A stretch of DNA of 64,000 bases. Source: Eledone cirrhosa (lineage: Eukaryota). Of this stretch, positions 12,095 through 25,188 are shown in pieces. Within the stretch, counting starts at the first letter, position 1, and each line of letters opens with the position of its first letter. The notes under the pieces are model-generated. The model did not search any database, was not told where the DNA came from, and saw only the letters and a list, made by a program, of their open reading frames with translations. Location of the stretch: assembly GCA_964016885.1 (NCBI GenBank), contig OZ024759.1:13144001-13208000 (forward strand), read 5' to 3'. Made by a program: the position numbers and the translations under genes.

Positions 12095-14846
12095 ATCTTT
12101 ATTAAACAGGCGTATTGTGAAGTACCTTTATTAAGCACGTGTGTTACGAAGTACCTTTATTAAGCACGTGTGTTATGAAGTACCTTTATTAAACAGGCGT
12201 ATTGTGAAGTACCTTTATTAAGCACGTGTGTTATGAAGTACCTTTATTAAGCACGTGTGTTACAAAGTACCTTTATTAAGCACGTGTATTATGAAGTACC
12301 TTTATTAAACAGGTGTGTTACGAAGTACCTTTATTAAGCACGTGTGTTATGAAGTACCTTTATTAAACAGGTGTGTTATGAAGTACCTTTATTAAACAGG
12401 TGTGTTATGAAGTACCTTTATTAAACAGGTGTGTTATGAAGTACCTTTATTAAACACGTGTATTATGAAGTACCTTTATTAAGCATGTGTGTTATGAAGT
12501 ACCTCTATTAAGCATGTGTGTTATGAAGTACCTTTATTAAACAGGTGTGTTACGAAGTACCTTTATTAAGCACGTGTGTTATGAAGTACCTCTATTAAGC
12601 ATGTGTGTTATGAAGTACCTTTATTAAACAGGTGTGTTATGAAGTACCTTTATTAAGCATGTGTGTTATGAAGTACCTTTATTAAACAGGTGTGTTATGA
12701 AGTACCTCTATTAAGCATGTGTGTTATGAAGTACCTTTATTAAACAGGTGTGTTATGAAGTACCTTTATTAAGCACGTGTATTATGAAGTACCTCTATTA
12801 AGCATGTGTGTTATGAAGTACCTCTATTAAGCATGTGTGTTATGAAGTACCTTTATTAAACAGGTGTGTTATGAAGTACCTTTATTAAACAGGTGTGTTA
12901 TGAAGTACCTTTATTAAGCACGTGTGTTATGAAGTACCTCTATTAAGCATGTGTGTTATGAAGTACCTTTATTAAACAGGTGTGTTACGAAGTACCTTTA
13001 TTAAGCACGTGTGTTATGAAGTACCTCTATTAAGCACGTGTGTTATGAAGTACCTTTATTAAACAGGTGTGTTATGAAGTACCTTTATTAAACAGGTGTG
13101 TTATGAAGTACCTCTATTAAGCATGTGTGTTATGAAGTACCTTTATTAAACAGGTGTGTTATGAAGTACCTTTATTAAACACGTGTATTATGAAGTACCT
13201 TTATTAAACACGTGTGTTATGAAGTACCTCTATTAAGCACGTGTATTATGAAGTACCTTTATTAAACAGGTGTGTTACGAAGTACCTTTATTAAGCACGT
13301 GTGTTATGAAGTACCTTTATTAAACAGGTGTGTTATGAAGTACCTTTATTAAACAGGTGTGTTATGAAGTACCTTTATTAAACAGGTGTGTTATGAAGTA
13401 CCTTTATTAAGCACGTGTGTTATGAAGTACCTTTATTAAGCATGTGTGTTATGAAGTACCTCTATTAAGCATGTGTGTTATGAAGTACCTTTATTAAACA
13501 GGTGTGTTACGAAGTACCTTTATTAAACAGGTGTGTTATGAAGTACCTTTATTAAACAGGTGTGTTACGAAGTACCTTTATTAAACAGGTGTGTTATGAA
13601 GTACCTTTATTAAGCACGTGTGTTATGAAGTACCTTTATTAAACAGGTGTGTTATGAAGTACCTTTATTAAGCACGTGTATTATGAAGTACCTTTATTAA
13701 ACAGGTGTGTTATGAAGTACCTTTATTAAACAGGTGTGTTATGAAGTACCTTTATTAAGCACGTGTGTTACGAAGTACCTTTATTAAGCATGTGTGTTAT
13801 GAAGTACCTTTATTAAGCACATGTGTTATGAAGTACCTTTATTAAACAGGTGTGTTATGAAGTACCTTTATTAAGCACGTGTGTTACGAAGTACCTTTAT
13901 TAAGCAGGTGTGTTACGAAGTACCTCTATTAAGCACGTGTGTTATGAAGTACCTTTATTAAACAGGTGTGTTATGAAGTACCTCTATTAAGCACGTGTGT
14001 TATGAAGTACCTTTATTAAACAGGTGTGTTATGAAGTACCTCTATTAAGCACGTGTTATGAAGTACCTTTATTAAGCATGTGTGTTATGAAGTACCTTTA
14101 TTAAACAGGTGTGTTATGAAGTACCTTTATTAAGCACGTGTGTTATGAAGTACCTTTATTAAACACGTGTGTTATGAAGTACCTTTATTAAACAGGTGTA
14201 TTATGAAGTACCTTTATTAAGCACGTGTATTATGAAGTACCTTTATTAAACAGGTGTGTTATGAAGTACCTTTATTAAGCACGTGTGTTATGAAGTACCT
14301 TTATTAAACACGTGTGTTATGAAGTACCTTTATTAAACAGGTGTGTTATGAAGTACCTCTATTAAACAGGTGTGTTATGAAGTACCTTTATTAAACAGGT
14401 GTGTTACGAAGTACCTCTATTAAACAGGTGTGTTATGAAGTACCTTTATTAAACACGTGTGTTATGAAGTACCTTTATTAAGCACGTGTGTTATGAAGTA
14501 CCTTTATTAAACACGTGTGTTATGAAGTACCTTTATTAAACACGTGTGTTATGAAGTACCTTTATTAAGCATGTGTGTTATGAAGTACCTTTATTAAACA
14601 CGTGTGTTATGAAGTACCTTTATTAAACACGTGTGTTATGAAGTACCTTTATTAAACAGGTGTGTTATGAAGTACCTCTATTAAACACGTGTGTTATGAA
14701 GTACCTTTATTATAGAGGTGTGTTATGAAGTACCTTTATTAAGCATGTGTGTTATGAAGTACCTTTATTAAACACGTGTGTTATGAAGTACCTTTATTAA
14801 ACACGTGTGTTATGAAGTACCTTTATTAAACACGTGTGTTATGAAG
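12095..14846. repeat. 29-bp minisatellite, ~95 copies
   Basis: Unit gaagtacctttattaa(a/g)ca(g/c/t)gtgtgttat. Confidence 0.97.
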
Positions 14847-15282
14847 GTATTTCCATCAGATGAGAGTAGGTAGATCTGCTATTTCTCCGAATTGAGATAT
14901 CACAGCTCCGATACTATGGACATGTGGTTAGAATGTCTCAGGAAAGAATCCCTGGACAGATTTTACGGACAAAACCAACTGACAGGAGACCCAGGAATAG
15001 ACCCTGAGCAAGATGGTTGGATAACATCCATGAGCTTGGCTGGTCATGCTAGGGGATCCAGCTGGATCAGTTGGAGATGGTAGCTTCTGACAGGACCCAC
15101 TGGAGGGACTGTTTGAAGACTCTGTCCTCACGACCCTCTCAGGACTAAATGGGAGAAGAAGAAGAGTTTTGTATCAGAAATCCAGGTCTATATAGTACCA
15201 AAAGGGGTCAAAATATAACATTTTTTTTTAAAAATTTCATTGTCATCCCTGTGTGATTCTGTGACACAAATATGTGTTGTAG

Positions 15283-15419
15283 GGATGGGAAATGTTACAA
15301 GGAGTAGCGAGTTCAATTTCTACAATGATCCCGAATCAGCTCACATCGTCCTGAAAAGACTTTCCTGTCCAATTACTATTGTAACATGGGAGATGTGTGA
15401 AGACTTTAAACAACCTGCA
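15283..15419 (+). CDS. Nucleoside hydrolase exon
   Basis: tgttgtag acceptor ends at 15282. (G)[45 protein letters not shown], with the GNVT..EFN...DPEAA-type motif. Donor GTAAGT at 15420, phase 0. Confidence 0.93.
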
Positions 15420-15464
15420 GTAAGTATTGTAATGTCTGTGGTGTGGTGTTGTAATATCTGTAGT

Positions 15465-17180
15465 TAGACTCAGTATAGAGCAGAGAGGGCCCTTCAGTTT
15501 GGTTGGACTCAGTATAGAGTAGAGAAGGCCCTTCAGTTTGGTTGGACCCAGTATAGAGTAGAGAAGGCCCTTCAGTTTGGTTGGACCCAGTATAGAGTAG
15601 AGAAGGCCCTTCAGTTTGGTTGGACTCAGTATAGAGTAGAGAAGGCCCTTCAGTTTACTTGGACTCAGTATAGAGTAGAGAAGGCCCTTCAGTTTAGTTG
15701 GACTCAGTATAGAGTAGAGAAGGCCCTTCAGTTTGGTTGGACCCAGTATAGAGTAGAGAAGGCCCTTCAGTTTGGTTGGACTCAGTATAGAGTAGAGAAG
15801 GCCCTTCAGTTTAGTTGGACTCAGTATAGAGTAGAGAAGGCCCTTCAGTTTGGTTGGACCCAGTATAGAGAAGAGAAGGCCCTTCAGTTTAGTTGGACTC
15901 AGTATAGAGTAGAGAAGGCCCTTCAGTTTAGTTGGACTCAGTATAGAGTAGAGAGAGCCCTTCAGTTTGGTTGGACTCAGTATAGAGTAGAGAAGGCCCT
16001 TCAGTTTGGTTGGACTCAGTATAGAGTAGAGAAGGCCCTTCAGTTTAGTTGGACCCAGTATAGAGTAGAGAAGGCCCTTCAGTTTGGTTGGACTCAGTAT
16101 AGAGTAGAGAAGGCCCTTCAGTTTAGTTGGACTCAGTATAGAGTAGAGAAGGCCCTTCAGTTTGGTTGGTTGGACTCAGTATAGAGTAGAGAAGGCCCTT
16201 CAGTTTAGTTGGACTCAGTATAGAGTAGAGAAGGCCCTTCAGTTTGGTTGGACCCAGTATAGAGTAGAGAAGGCCCTTCAGTTTAGTTGGACTCAGTATA
16301 GAGTAGAGAAGGCCCTTCAGTTTAGTTGGACTCAGTATAGAGTAGAGAGAGCCCTTCAGTTTGGTTGGACTCAGTATAGAGTAGAGAAGGCCCTTCAGTT
16401 TGGTTGGACTCAGTATAGAGTAGAGAAGGCCCTTCAGTTTAGTTGGACCCAGTATAGAATAGAGAAGGCCCTTCAGTTTGGTTGGACTCAGTATAGAGTA
16501 GAGAAGGCCCTTCAGTTTAGTTGGACTCAGTATAGAGTAGAGATGGCCCTTCAGTTTGGTTGGACCCAGTATAGAGTAGAGAAGGCCCTTCAGTTTAGTT
16601 GGACCCAGTATAGAACAGAGAAGGCCCTTCAGTTTAGTTGGACTCAGTATAGAGTAGAGAAGGCCCTTCAGTTTGGTTGGACCCAGTATAGAGTAGAGAA
16701 GGCCCTTCAGTTTAGTTGGACCTAGTATAGAACAGAGAAGGCCCTTCAGTTTAGTTGGACTCAGTATAGAGTAGAGAAGGCCCTTCAGTTTAATTGGACT
16801 CAGTATAGAGTAGAGAAGGCCCTTCAGTTTAGTTGGACACAGTATAGAGTAGAGAAGGCCCTTCAGTTTGGTTGGACCCAGTATAGAGTAGAGAAGGCCC
16901 TTCAGTTTAGTTGGACTCAGTATAGAGTAGAGAGAGCCCTTCAGTTTGGTTGGACTCAGTATAGAGTAGAGAAGACCCTTCAGTTTAGTTGGACCCAGTA
17001 TAGAGTAGAGAAGGCCCTTCAGTTTAGTTGGACCCAGTAGAGAGAGAAGGCCCTTCAGTTTGGTTGGACCCAGTATAGAGTAGAGAAGGCCCTTCAGTTT
17101 AGTTGTACCCAGTATAGAGTAGAGAAGGCCCTTCAGTTTAGTTGGACTCAGTATAGAGTAGAGAAGGCCTTTCATTTTGG
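15465..17180. repeat. 39-bp minisatellite, ~44 copies
   Basis: Unit ggactcagtatagagtagagaaggcccttcagttt(a/g)gtt; begins ~45 nt after the donor at 15420. Confidence 0.97.
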
Positions 17181-17519
17181 CTGGTCGTCATGTCTTACGG
17201 CTGAAGAGTCTTCCCAAAACTTTGTTTGGCAAGTTTTTTATGGCTGGATGTTGTTTATATCACCTACCACTTTACAGAGTGTACTGGGTGTGTTTATCAT
17301 GTATAACACCAATACTAGGCAGGTTGTCATGTTCTTGACACAGCTGAAGAGTCCTCCCCACCCTTTGTTGGACTAAAAGATAGGTGTTTTGCAAACAAAG
17401 TCCCTTGTAACATTTATTTTGCATATGTTCTTGTCACTCCCCCCCCCACACTTTCGAATTAATTTTTTATTTATATATCTTTTGTTTTTTTTTCTGTGAT
17501 AATTAAATTATTTTTCCAG

Positions 17520-17843
17520 TCATTTCTGGAAAATCTGCGGTCACTTCCAGGCAAGAAAGCTGCTTTTCTACGAGACATCTTTAGAAATACTACAAAACGG
17601 TCAGAGGAACGCAATCGTTACATAATGTGTGATGAGTTGGCTATGGCCGCTGTCATGAATGAACAGTGTATTCTAGACAGCAAGGAGCTTTATGCTGAAG
17701 TAGAACTGAACGGGACCATAACTAGAGGTCAAATGGTGCCGGATTGGAGAAATGTAACAGGCAAGCCAAATAATGTTCGGATCATCACAAAAATGGATCT
17801 AAAACTTGTTGAAGAACTCTTGCTTAATATCTGCGATTTTTAA
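17520..17843 (+). CDS. Nucleoside hydrolase terminal coding exon
   Basis: tttttccag acceptor ends at 17519. SFLENLRSLPGKK...YIMCDELAMAAV...VELNGTITRGQMVPDW...NICDF*, stop TAA at 17841-17843. The five exons give about 310 aa, a normal NH length. Confidence 0.92.
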   Translation, partial: SFLENLRSLPGKKAAFLRDIFRNTTKRSEERNRYIMCDELAMAAVMNEQCILDSKELYAEVELNGTITRGQMVPDWRNVTGKPNNVRIITKMDLKLVEELLLNICDF

Positions 17844-18394
17844 ATTACATGATTAACTTTTGTGTTCCTAAGTCATCCCTCTACCAACATGATACGACTG
17901 GGGCTTCTATCACTAAAACACCTGAGAAACCTCCCCAAAGACTAGCTAAACTTACATAAATGTAAATGCAATAACAACATGATAGGACTGGGGTCCCCTA
18001 TCACTAAAGTACCTGAGAAACTTCCTATGTGGTACAATCTCCTAGGAGACCAGCTAAACCTATATTGGTGTGAGCTCTAATGACAACATGATAGGACTGG
18101 GGGCCCCTATCATTAAAACACCTGAGAAACCTAGGAGACCAGCTAAACCTACATGGGTGTGAGCTGTAACTTTCGATTCCATTTTTTAGCCATATTTCTA
18201 ATGAAGGACACTGCCTATGGTTATTTAAATAGATTTTGAAAATCATTATGATGACAGTGTTTGAACACAACTTAAATGTTCTTACATAAAATTATGTATA
18301 AAAGTTGAGGTGCACCTGAGCACTGTACACAATAATTTCATTATTATTATTATTATTATCATCGGTAGGATTGGTTATTGTTATTATTATCGAT

Positions 18395-18600
18395 AGGGCG
18401 GTGGATTGGCAGTATCGGTAGAGGGTCGGACACCATGCTTTCCAGCATAGTTACGTCCCTTTACGATCTGAGTTCAAATCCCGCCGAGGTTGACTTTGCC
18501 TTTCATCCTTACGAGGTCGATAAAATAAAGTACCAGTAATGCACTGGGTAATTGCTGGCCTTGTGCCTAAAGTAGAAACAATTATTATTATTATTATTAT
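18395..18600 (+). mobile_element. tRNA-derived SINE family A (representative full copy; about 20 copies or fragments in the window)
   Basis: A-box-like TGGCAGTATCGG, B-box GAGTTCAAATCC, body tttgcctttcatccttacggggtcgataaaataaagtaccag, and (ATT)n tail. Other copies at ~826, 1158, 1755, 9468, 20615-21075 (x3, -), 22345-22760 (-), 26245-26670 (-), 26741, 27874, 28445/28640, 30745, 39990, 40128 (-), 50563 (-), 63280. Confidence 0.85.
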
Positions 18601-19242
18601 CATATTATTATAATTGATGGGTTTTAGTGTATTCAGTTTAGAATAGGCACACAATATCCCTGCATGTCGTAAAAAGCCACTGAAAGGGTCTCTGTGCCAG
18701 GAAGGACATTGGACTGTAAAACTGCCTCAAAATGTCCATCGAACCGATGCAGGGAAAATTCGACATAAAAAACGATAATAAACACTTTTAAACAAATTAA
18801 TTAGTGACTATAAAAACAGATGGGGTTTCAGGTGGTTGCGTATGAGAAGAGTTAAATAAAATAGGGATTTTAGCACATGAACCCCTCCCCTTTTTATATC
18901 ACTGAGTGGGAGGGGGCGATCAATATATCTGGTAGGGGTGTTTAGAAGGGAGGAAATTCTTGATTGTCTCTCTAACTGGAGCTCTCTAGTTAATTTGAAC
19001 GACCTTTCTTGTCTGTGAACTTATAATCTGGTCAAATACAAAAATTTAGCTGGAACACAAATTAGAGAAGGAAAAAAAAAAAATGAATAAAGACAAATTT
19101 TGTGAACTTTTCTTTTTTTCTAAAATATAATTTTATAAAATTCAAAATATAAAGTTTTATCAATTAACCATTTTCATCTTCATTTATTAACAGGAAGAAT
19201 TTATTGTGTATATGCACATACACATATATGTGTGTGTGTGTG

Positions 19243-19288
<46 letters not shown>

Positions 19289-19420
19289 CACACACACATA
19301 AATATACACTATATTAACAGGAAATATTTAACCAACCATGCTAACCCATCTCCAATCATAAAAACTTTCCATTTATTCTGTATATATCATCATCATTATA
19401 CTGTCCAAATTATATATATA

Positions 19421-19593
19421 TAAATATCGAATAAGGAAAAGCGAAGTAGTTTCAGATGTTCAAGTCCTTTAATAATAATGCTGTGATATATATTTCAATG
19501 GCAACAGTGGCCACTGTGAAATATATATCACAGCATTATAATTAAAGGACTTGAACATCTGAAACTACTTCGCTTTTCCTTATTCGATATTTA
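19421..19593. repeat. Fold-back palindrome (~77-bp arms) between (TA)n tracts
   Basis: taaatatcgaataaggaaaagcgaagtagtttcag...gatatatatttca pairs with tgaaatatatatc...ctgaaactacttcgcttttccttattcgatattta. Confidence 0.9.
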
Positions 19594-19661
19594 CTCCATC
19601 ACTCCTATGTGGAATAAGTACATTGAGTGCTGGAATTGAATTGCATCAATGTTTACCTTAA

Positions 19662-19662
<1 letters not shown>

Positions 19663-19718
<56 letters not shown>

Positions 19719-19777
19719 CGTGTGCGTGTGTGTGTGTATAAATGTGTATGTATATATATACATATATGTGTATGTGT

Positions 19778-19846
<69 letters not shown>

Positions 19847-20275
19847 CATATACATACACATTTATATAGATAAATATATACATACACATTTATATACATA
19901 AATATATATATATGTGTATATATATGTATATATATATATATATGTGTGTCTGTGTATGTATATATATATATATGTATATATATCCATATATATATATACA
20001 TATATATATACATATATATATATACATATACATATATATATATATACATATATACATATATATATATATACATATATATATACATATATATATATACATA
20101 TACATATATATATATACATATACATATATATATATATACATATATACATATACATATATATATATATACATATATACATATACATATATACATATATATA
20201 CATATATACATATACATATATACATATATACACATATACACATATATATACATATATATATACACACACACATAT
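19663..20275. repeat. (TA)n/(TG)n/(TACA)n microsatellite complex
   Basis: Direct inspection. Confidence 0.95.
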
Positions 20276-21444
20276 ATAATGTCCAACCTTTGCTGGCATG
20301 GAAAATGGAGGTTGAATGATGATGATGATGATGATGATATCATATCATTGTACCAACAACCAGTATATATAACAGTGTTTGTCACCGACATTATCATAGT
20401 TCCTGCTATTATTATTATGATGACATTGACAAACACCAAAACACCAGTATCAGACATTCCACTATCATTCTCAAACCTTTTGGGGTCACTGCCTGCCCCC
20501 CTCAAGGCCACATAATGCCCTCAGCGCCCCACCTCAAGTCCACGTAAAATCCCCCCCCCCCCCCCATCGCCACCCCTATTTCCAGAGAGACCTGCTACAC
20601 ACAAATTGTAAATAACAATAATTGTTTCTACTTTTTGGCACAAGGCCAGCAATCACCCAGTGTATTACTGGTACTTTATTTTATCGACCCTGTAAGGATG
20701 AAAGGCAAAGTTAACCTCGGTGGGATTTCAACTCATTAAATTGTAAATAATATAATTGTTTCTACGTTTGGCACAAGGCCAGCAATTACCCCAGTGCATT
20801 ACCGGTACTTTATTTTATCGACCCCCGTAAGGATGAAAGGCAAAGTTAACCTCGGCGGGATTTCAACTCAGTAAATTGTAAATAATATAATTGTTTCTAC
20901 GTTTGGCACAAGGCCAGCAATTACCCCAGTGCATTACTGGTATTTTATTTTATCGACCCCCGTAAGGATGAAAGGCAAAGTTAACCTCGACGGGATTTGA
21001 ACTCACAATGGCAAGGGCCGTAACTCTATACGTCAAAGCAAGGCGTCCGACCCTCTACCGATACTGCCAATCCACCAAATAATATAATAAAATAAAATCG
21101 CTAGAACAGGTTAGCCTCGTTCATATTTTGGATTCAAATTTTTATAATTTTGAATTTTTATCTCTTTTCATTTTGAACTCGACAAAGACAGATTAACTGT
21201 CGAAATATCGTTCAACCAATAAAATATCTATTACAATCACATCATACTCTTCATATTGTTTATATAGCTTTGTAAAGAGTTATGTCAATCTTTTTAAAAT
21301 AATTTACATATAATAAATAATATTATATATAAATAATATCAAAAACTCATAGATTTGGTACGTGAGATATTATGTGAGGTAAAGCCTTTACCGTGAAAAT
21401 ACAATAGTATATATAGAGTAATGTAAATGTTAAAGGGTTAATAT

Positions 21445-21890
21445 AGCATATACTATGTATAAATATATATTATATATTTTATTTTACTATATATATAATA
21501 TGTATCATTTGATATTTAATATATACTATGTATAAATAAATATTATATATTTTATTTTACTATATATATAATATGTGTCATTTGATATTTAATATATACT
21601 ATGTATAAATAAATATTATATATTTTATTTTACTATATATATATGTGTCATTTGATATTTAATATATACTATGTATAAATAAATATTATATATTTTATTT
21701 TACTATATATATAATATGTATCATTTGATATTTAATATATACTATTTATAAATAAATATTATATATTTTATTTTACTATATATATAATATGTATCATTTG
21801 ATATTTAATATATACTATGTATAAATAAATATTATATATTTTATTTTACTATATATATAATATGTATCATTTGATATTTCATATACTATT
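21445..21890. repeat. ~73-bp AT-rich tandem repeat, ~6 copies
   Basis: Unit atatactatgtataaataaatattatatattttattttactatatatataatatgtatcatttgatatttaat. Confidence 0.85.
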
Positions 21891-23091
21891 ATATCATCTC
21901 TACCACCTTCTTGCCCAGCCCCCCGGGGGGGTAGCACCCACTCTGAGAACCTCTGGTCGAGCAGATAAAAATTCCAGCATATTGCAAATTTATTGGAAAT
22001 AACAACAACAACAATAATAATAATGTGGTTTCTCATTTAAGCACAAGGCCAGCAATTTTGGGGAGGATTTTATCAACACCGGAAGGGTGAAAGGCAGAGA
22101 TGGGCCCCATTACATAGCTGGTACCTTATTTTATCAACACCGGAAGGGTGAAAGGCATAGATGGGCCCCAGTACAGAGCTGGTACCTTATTTTATCAACA
22201 CCGGAAGGATAAAAGCTAAAGATGGCCTCAGCAGGATTTAAACTCAGAACATAGAATGCTGTAATGAAATACTGTTAAACATTTTGTCAGATGCTCTACC
22301 AATTATTCCAATCCATCACCCTTTAATCAAAATAATAATAATAATAATGATTTCTACTATAGACACAAGGCCAGCAAATTATGGGGAGGAGAAAGTCGAT
22401 TAAATTGACCCCAGTGTGTGACTGGTGCTTTATATTATCGACCCCTGTAAGGACGAAAGGTAAAGGGCTGTAACTCTATGGTGTTAAGCATGTTGTCCAA
22501 CACTCTACCAATACTGCCAAACCACCACCCTAATAATGGTTTCTTATATAGGTACAAGACCAGCAATTTAGGGGAGGGGAAAGTCAATTAAATCGACCCC
22601 AGTGTATAACTGGTACTTTATTTTATCGACCCCGTAAGGATGAAAGGCAAAGTTAACCTCGGCGGGATTTCAACTCGGATCATAAAGGGCTGTAACTCTA
22701 TGCTGCAAAGCATGGTATTCGACCATCTACCGATACTGCCAATCCACCACCCTAATAATAATAAGTCATAACCCAACAAAATTTGCCTTCGTCACAGTCG
22801 TGTGGTTAATAATACAAGCTTAATACAAAGGACTAGTTAATCGTGATACATTCAGACATTCTCCTGGCTTCCACCTAGCTATAAAGAACCACTTAACCCC
22901 AACTTTGAACCCTCAACCATACATACACTGCCCCCTAATGTGATTATTATATTAACAAGATAAAGGATTAATTAACCCTTTAGCATTTAAACAGGCGAAA
23001 GAGGTTGTATAGTGGATATGCTTAACCCTTTGTTAAAGGTTTCCAATTTAAACTAAAATCTTCCAACATAATTTCATATAAGTACCTTACA

Positions 23092-23304
23092 TTAACCCTT
23101 TAGTATTTAAACCAACCATATCCGGTCAGAATTCTCTCACCTCTTTCTGTTCAAACTGGCTGTAACTGGCCACTCATACTGATGTTAAGGTATTGTTCTC
23201 AAAATAAATATCAAAATCTCGTAGATTCAATATTATGGGAGATAAAGCCTTTACCATGAAAATACAATAGTAAATATAGAGTAATGTAAATGCTAAAGGG
23301 TTAA
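23092..23304. mobile_element. TTAA-flanked MITE (piggyBac-type ends), ~205 bp
   Basis: TTAA-CCCTTTAGtATTTA ... TAAATGCTAAAGGG-TTAA. Other copies or fragments at ~27175-27390, 30890-31420, 56530-56739, 59355-60613. Confidence 0.7.
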
Positions 23305-23559
23305 ACAACTTCAAGGTAACATCCTAACATCTTTGTTATCTTTATATACATTTAATGTCCTAATTACTTTGCTGTAGCCTTCTAAAACAGTTTTCTACAT
23401 TAACTAGATGCAATAGAAGAGTTAACCCTGATCCCGACTTCTAACCCTAGCCCTGACCGTAACTCCCTTAATGGTAACACCTGACCCCAAATAATGATCC
23501 CTAACCCTGACCTTTAACTCTAACCCCGACCCTGATCCCCAACTCTATTGCCCCCAACC

Positions 23560-23890
23560 ATAACTCTAATGCTCCTGACCCTAACCCTAATGCCTTTAAT
23601 CCTAATCCTAACCCTAACCATAACTCTAATGCTCTTAACCCTAACCCTGACTCCCAACCATAACTCTAACCCCCTTAACCCTAACCCTGACTCCCAACCA
23701 TAACTCTAACCCCCTTAACCCTAACCCTGACTCCCAACCATAACTCTAACCCCCTTAACCCTAACCCTGACTCCCAACCATAACTCTAACCCCCTTAACC
23801 CTAACCCTGACTCCCAACCATAACTAACCCCCTTAACCCTAACCCTGACTCCCAACCATAACTCTAATGCCCTTAACCCTGACCCTGACC
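23560..23890. repeat. 40-bp tandem repeat rich in CCCTAA-like (telomere-like) motifs
   Basis: Unit ctaaccctgactcccaaccataactctaacccccttaacc, ~6 copies. Confidence 0.85.
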
Positions 23891-24007
23891 CATTCACACT
23901 GCCCAATCACCAACAAAATTAGTCAACAGATAAATTGAAGTTTCATTAAGTTTTACTTTGTTTTAACGAAATAAACTTTGATTAAACATTAAACAGTAAC
24001 CAATTGA

Positions 24008-24013
24008 TTTATT
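24008..24013 (-). terminator. Candidate GCLM poly(A) signal AATAAA
   Basis: tttatt on + is AATAAA on -, 14 nt after the stop, followed by GT/T-rich sequence. Confidence 0.3.
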
Positions 24014-24027
24014 GACCTAGCGATCAG

Positions 24028-24224
24028 TCAATCAGTTTTGGTCATTTTTATAGAATTCATACTGGGTCTGTTTGCCGTAATCATGTTTCCTTTTGCTTTG
24101 ATAACACCGCGGCACTTTACGACAACAGAATAACAGACAGCCCATTCCATGGACCAGTTCTCGGAATCCATCTGAGTTGTGTAGTCTCGGATGATCTCCT
24201 GGAGGGTGTTGTCAGGAAACATTG
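24028..24224 (-). CDS. GCLM: Glutamate-cysteine ligase modifier subunit, terminal exon (exon 7)
   Basis: Minus-strand acceptor tttctgtttgatag. (A)MFPDNTLQEIIRDYTTQMDSENWSMEWAVCYSVVVKCRGVIKAKGNMITANRPSMNSIKMTKTD*. The W..YSV.VK.RG.IK.KG motif is typical of the GCLM C-terminus. Confidence 0.92.
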
Positions 24225-25188
24225 CTATCAAACAGAAATTGGAGAGAAATAAAAACAACATGGCTTTAGCGAGATAGAAAATAAAGCATTTCAATCCTAA
24301 AACATCTGGTACCGCCCCCTAGTTCTATGTAAGAACCTTTGTTAAGTTATGTTCCTAACAGCCCTGGTTCTCTGATACAAAACTGCGTTTTAAAATATTT
24401 ATATTTATCTAAAAACCTTCCACCATCATTTTATGTAAGAACCTTTGTCAAGCTATGTTCCAAACAGCCCTGGTTCTGATACAAAACTGTGTTTTAAAAT
24501 GGTTATATTTATCTAAAAACCATCCACCATAATTTTATATAAGAACTTTTGTTAAGTTATGTTCCACCCCTCTCCTAGTTCTATGATACAAAACTGTTTG
24601 TTTTAAAGTGTTTATATTTATCTAAAAATCTTCCATCACAATTTTATGTAAGAACCTTTATTAAGTTATGTTCCAAACACCAGCTTCATAATAAATTAAT
24701 TATATTATTAAAGAGCTCAAAATTCACGATTATTTTCAGAAAATCATAGACAGTGTTTTTTATATATCATCATTATCATCACCGTTTTAATCCGTTCTTC
24801 CACACTAGCATGGGTTCGACGGGTTGTCCTGTTGTGGGCAGTGACCAGTCGGCTGACCTTGTCTTGCTCATACGGGAACTGATTCTGGCTTGATTTCTAC
24901 AGCTGGATGCCCTTCCTAACACCAACCTCATTTACAGTGAGTGTGAGTGTTGGGTGCTTTTTTGCAAAGTGGTCGTGGAGGTGCCACGACCACTTTGCAG
25001 TGGAATGATAGGGACCCCAGTCCCTATCATCTCATTTCTACAGCTGAGTAAACTGGAGCAATGTAAAATAAAGTGTCTTGCTCAAGGAAATAACACATCA
25101 CCCGGTCTGAGAATTGAACTCACAACCTTTCGATTGCAAGCCCAATGCTCTAACCACTAAGCCATGTGCCTATATACATATATATAAT

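Noticed and set aside
12095-14846. CRISPR-like periodicity (29-bp unit)
   Set aside because: Units are contiguous with no unique spacers, no cas genes are present, and the context is a eukaryotic intron.
16123-17175. 350-aa and 187-aa repeat ORFs
   Set aside because: Translations of the 39-bp minisatellite.
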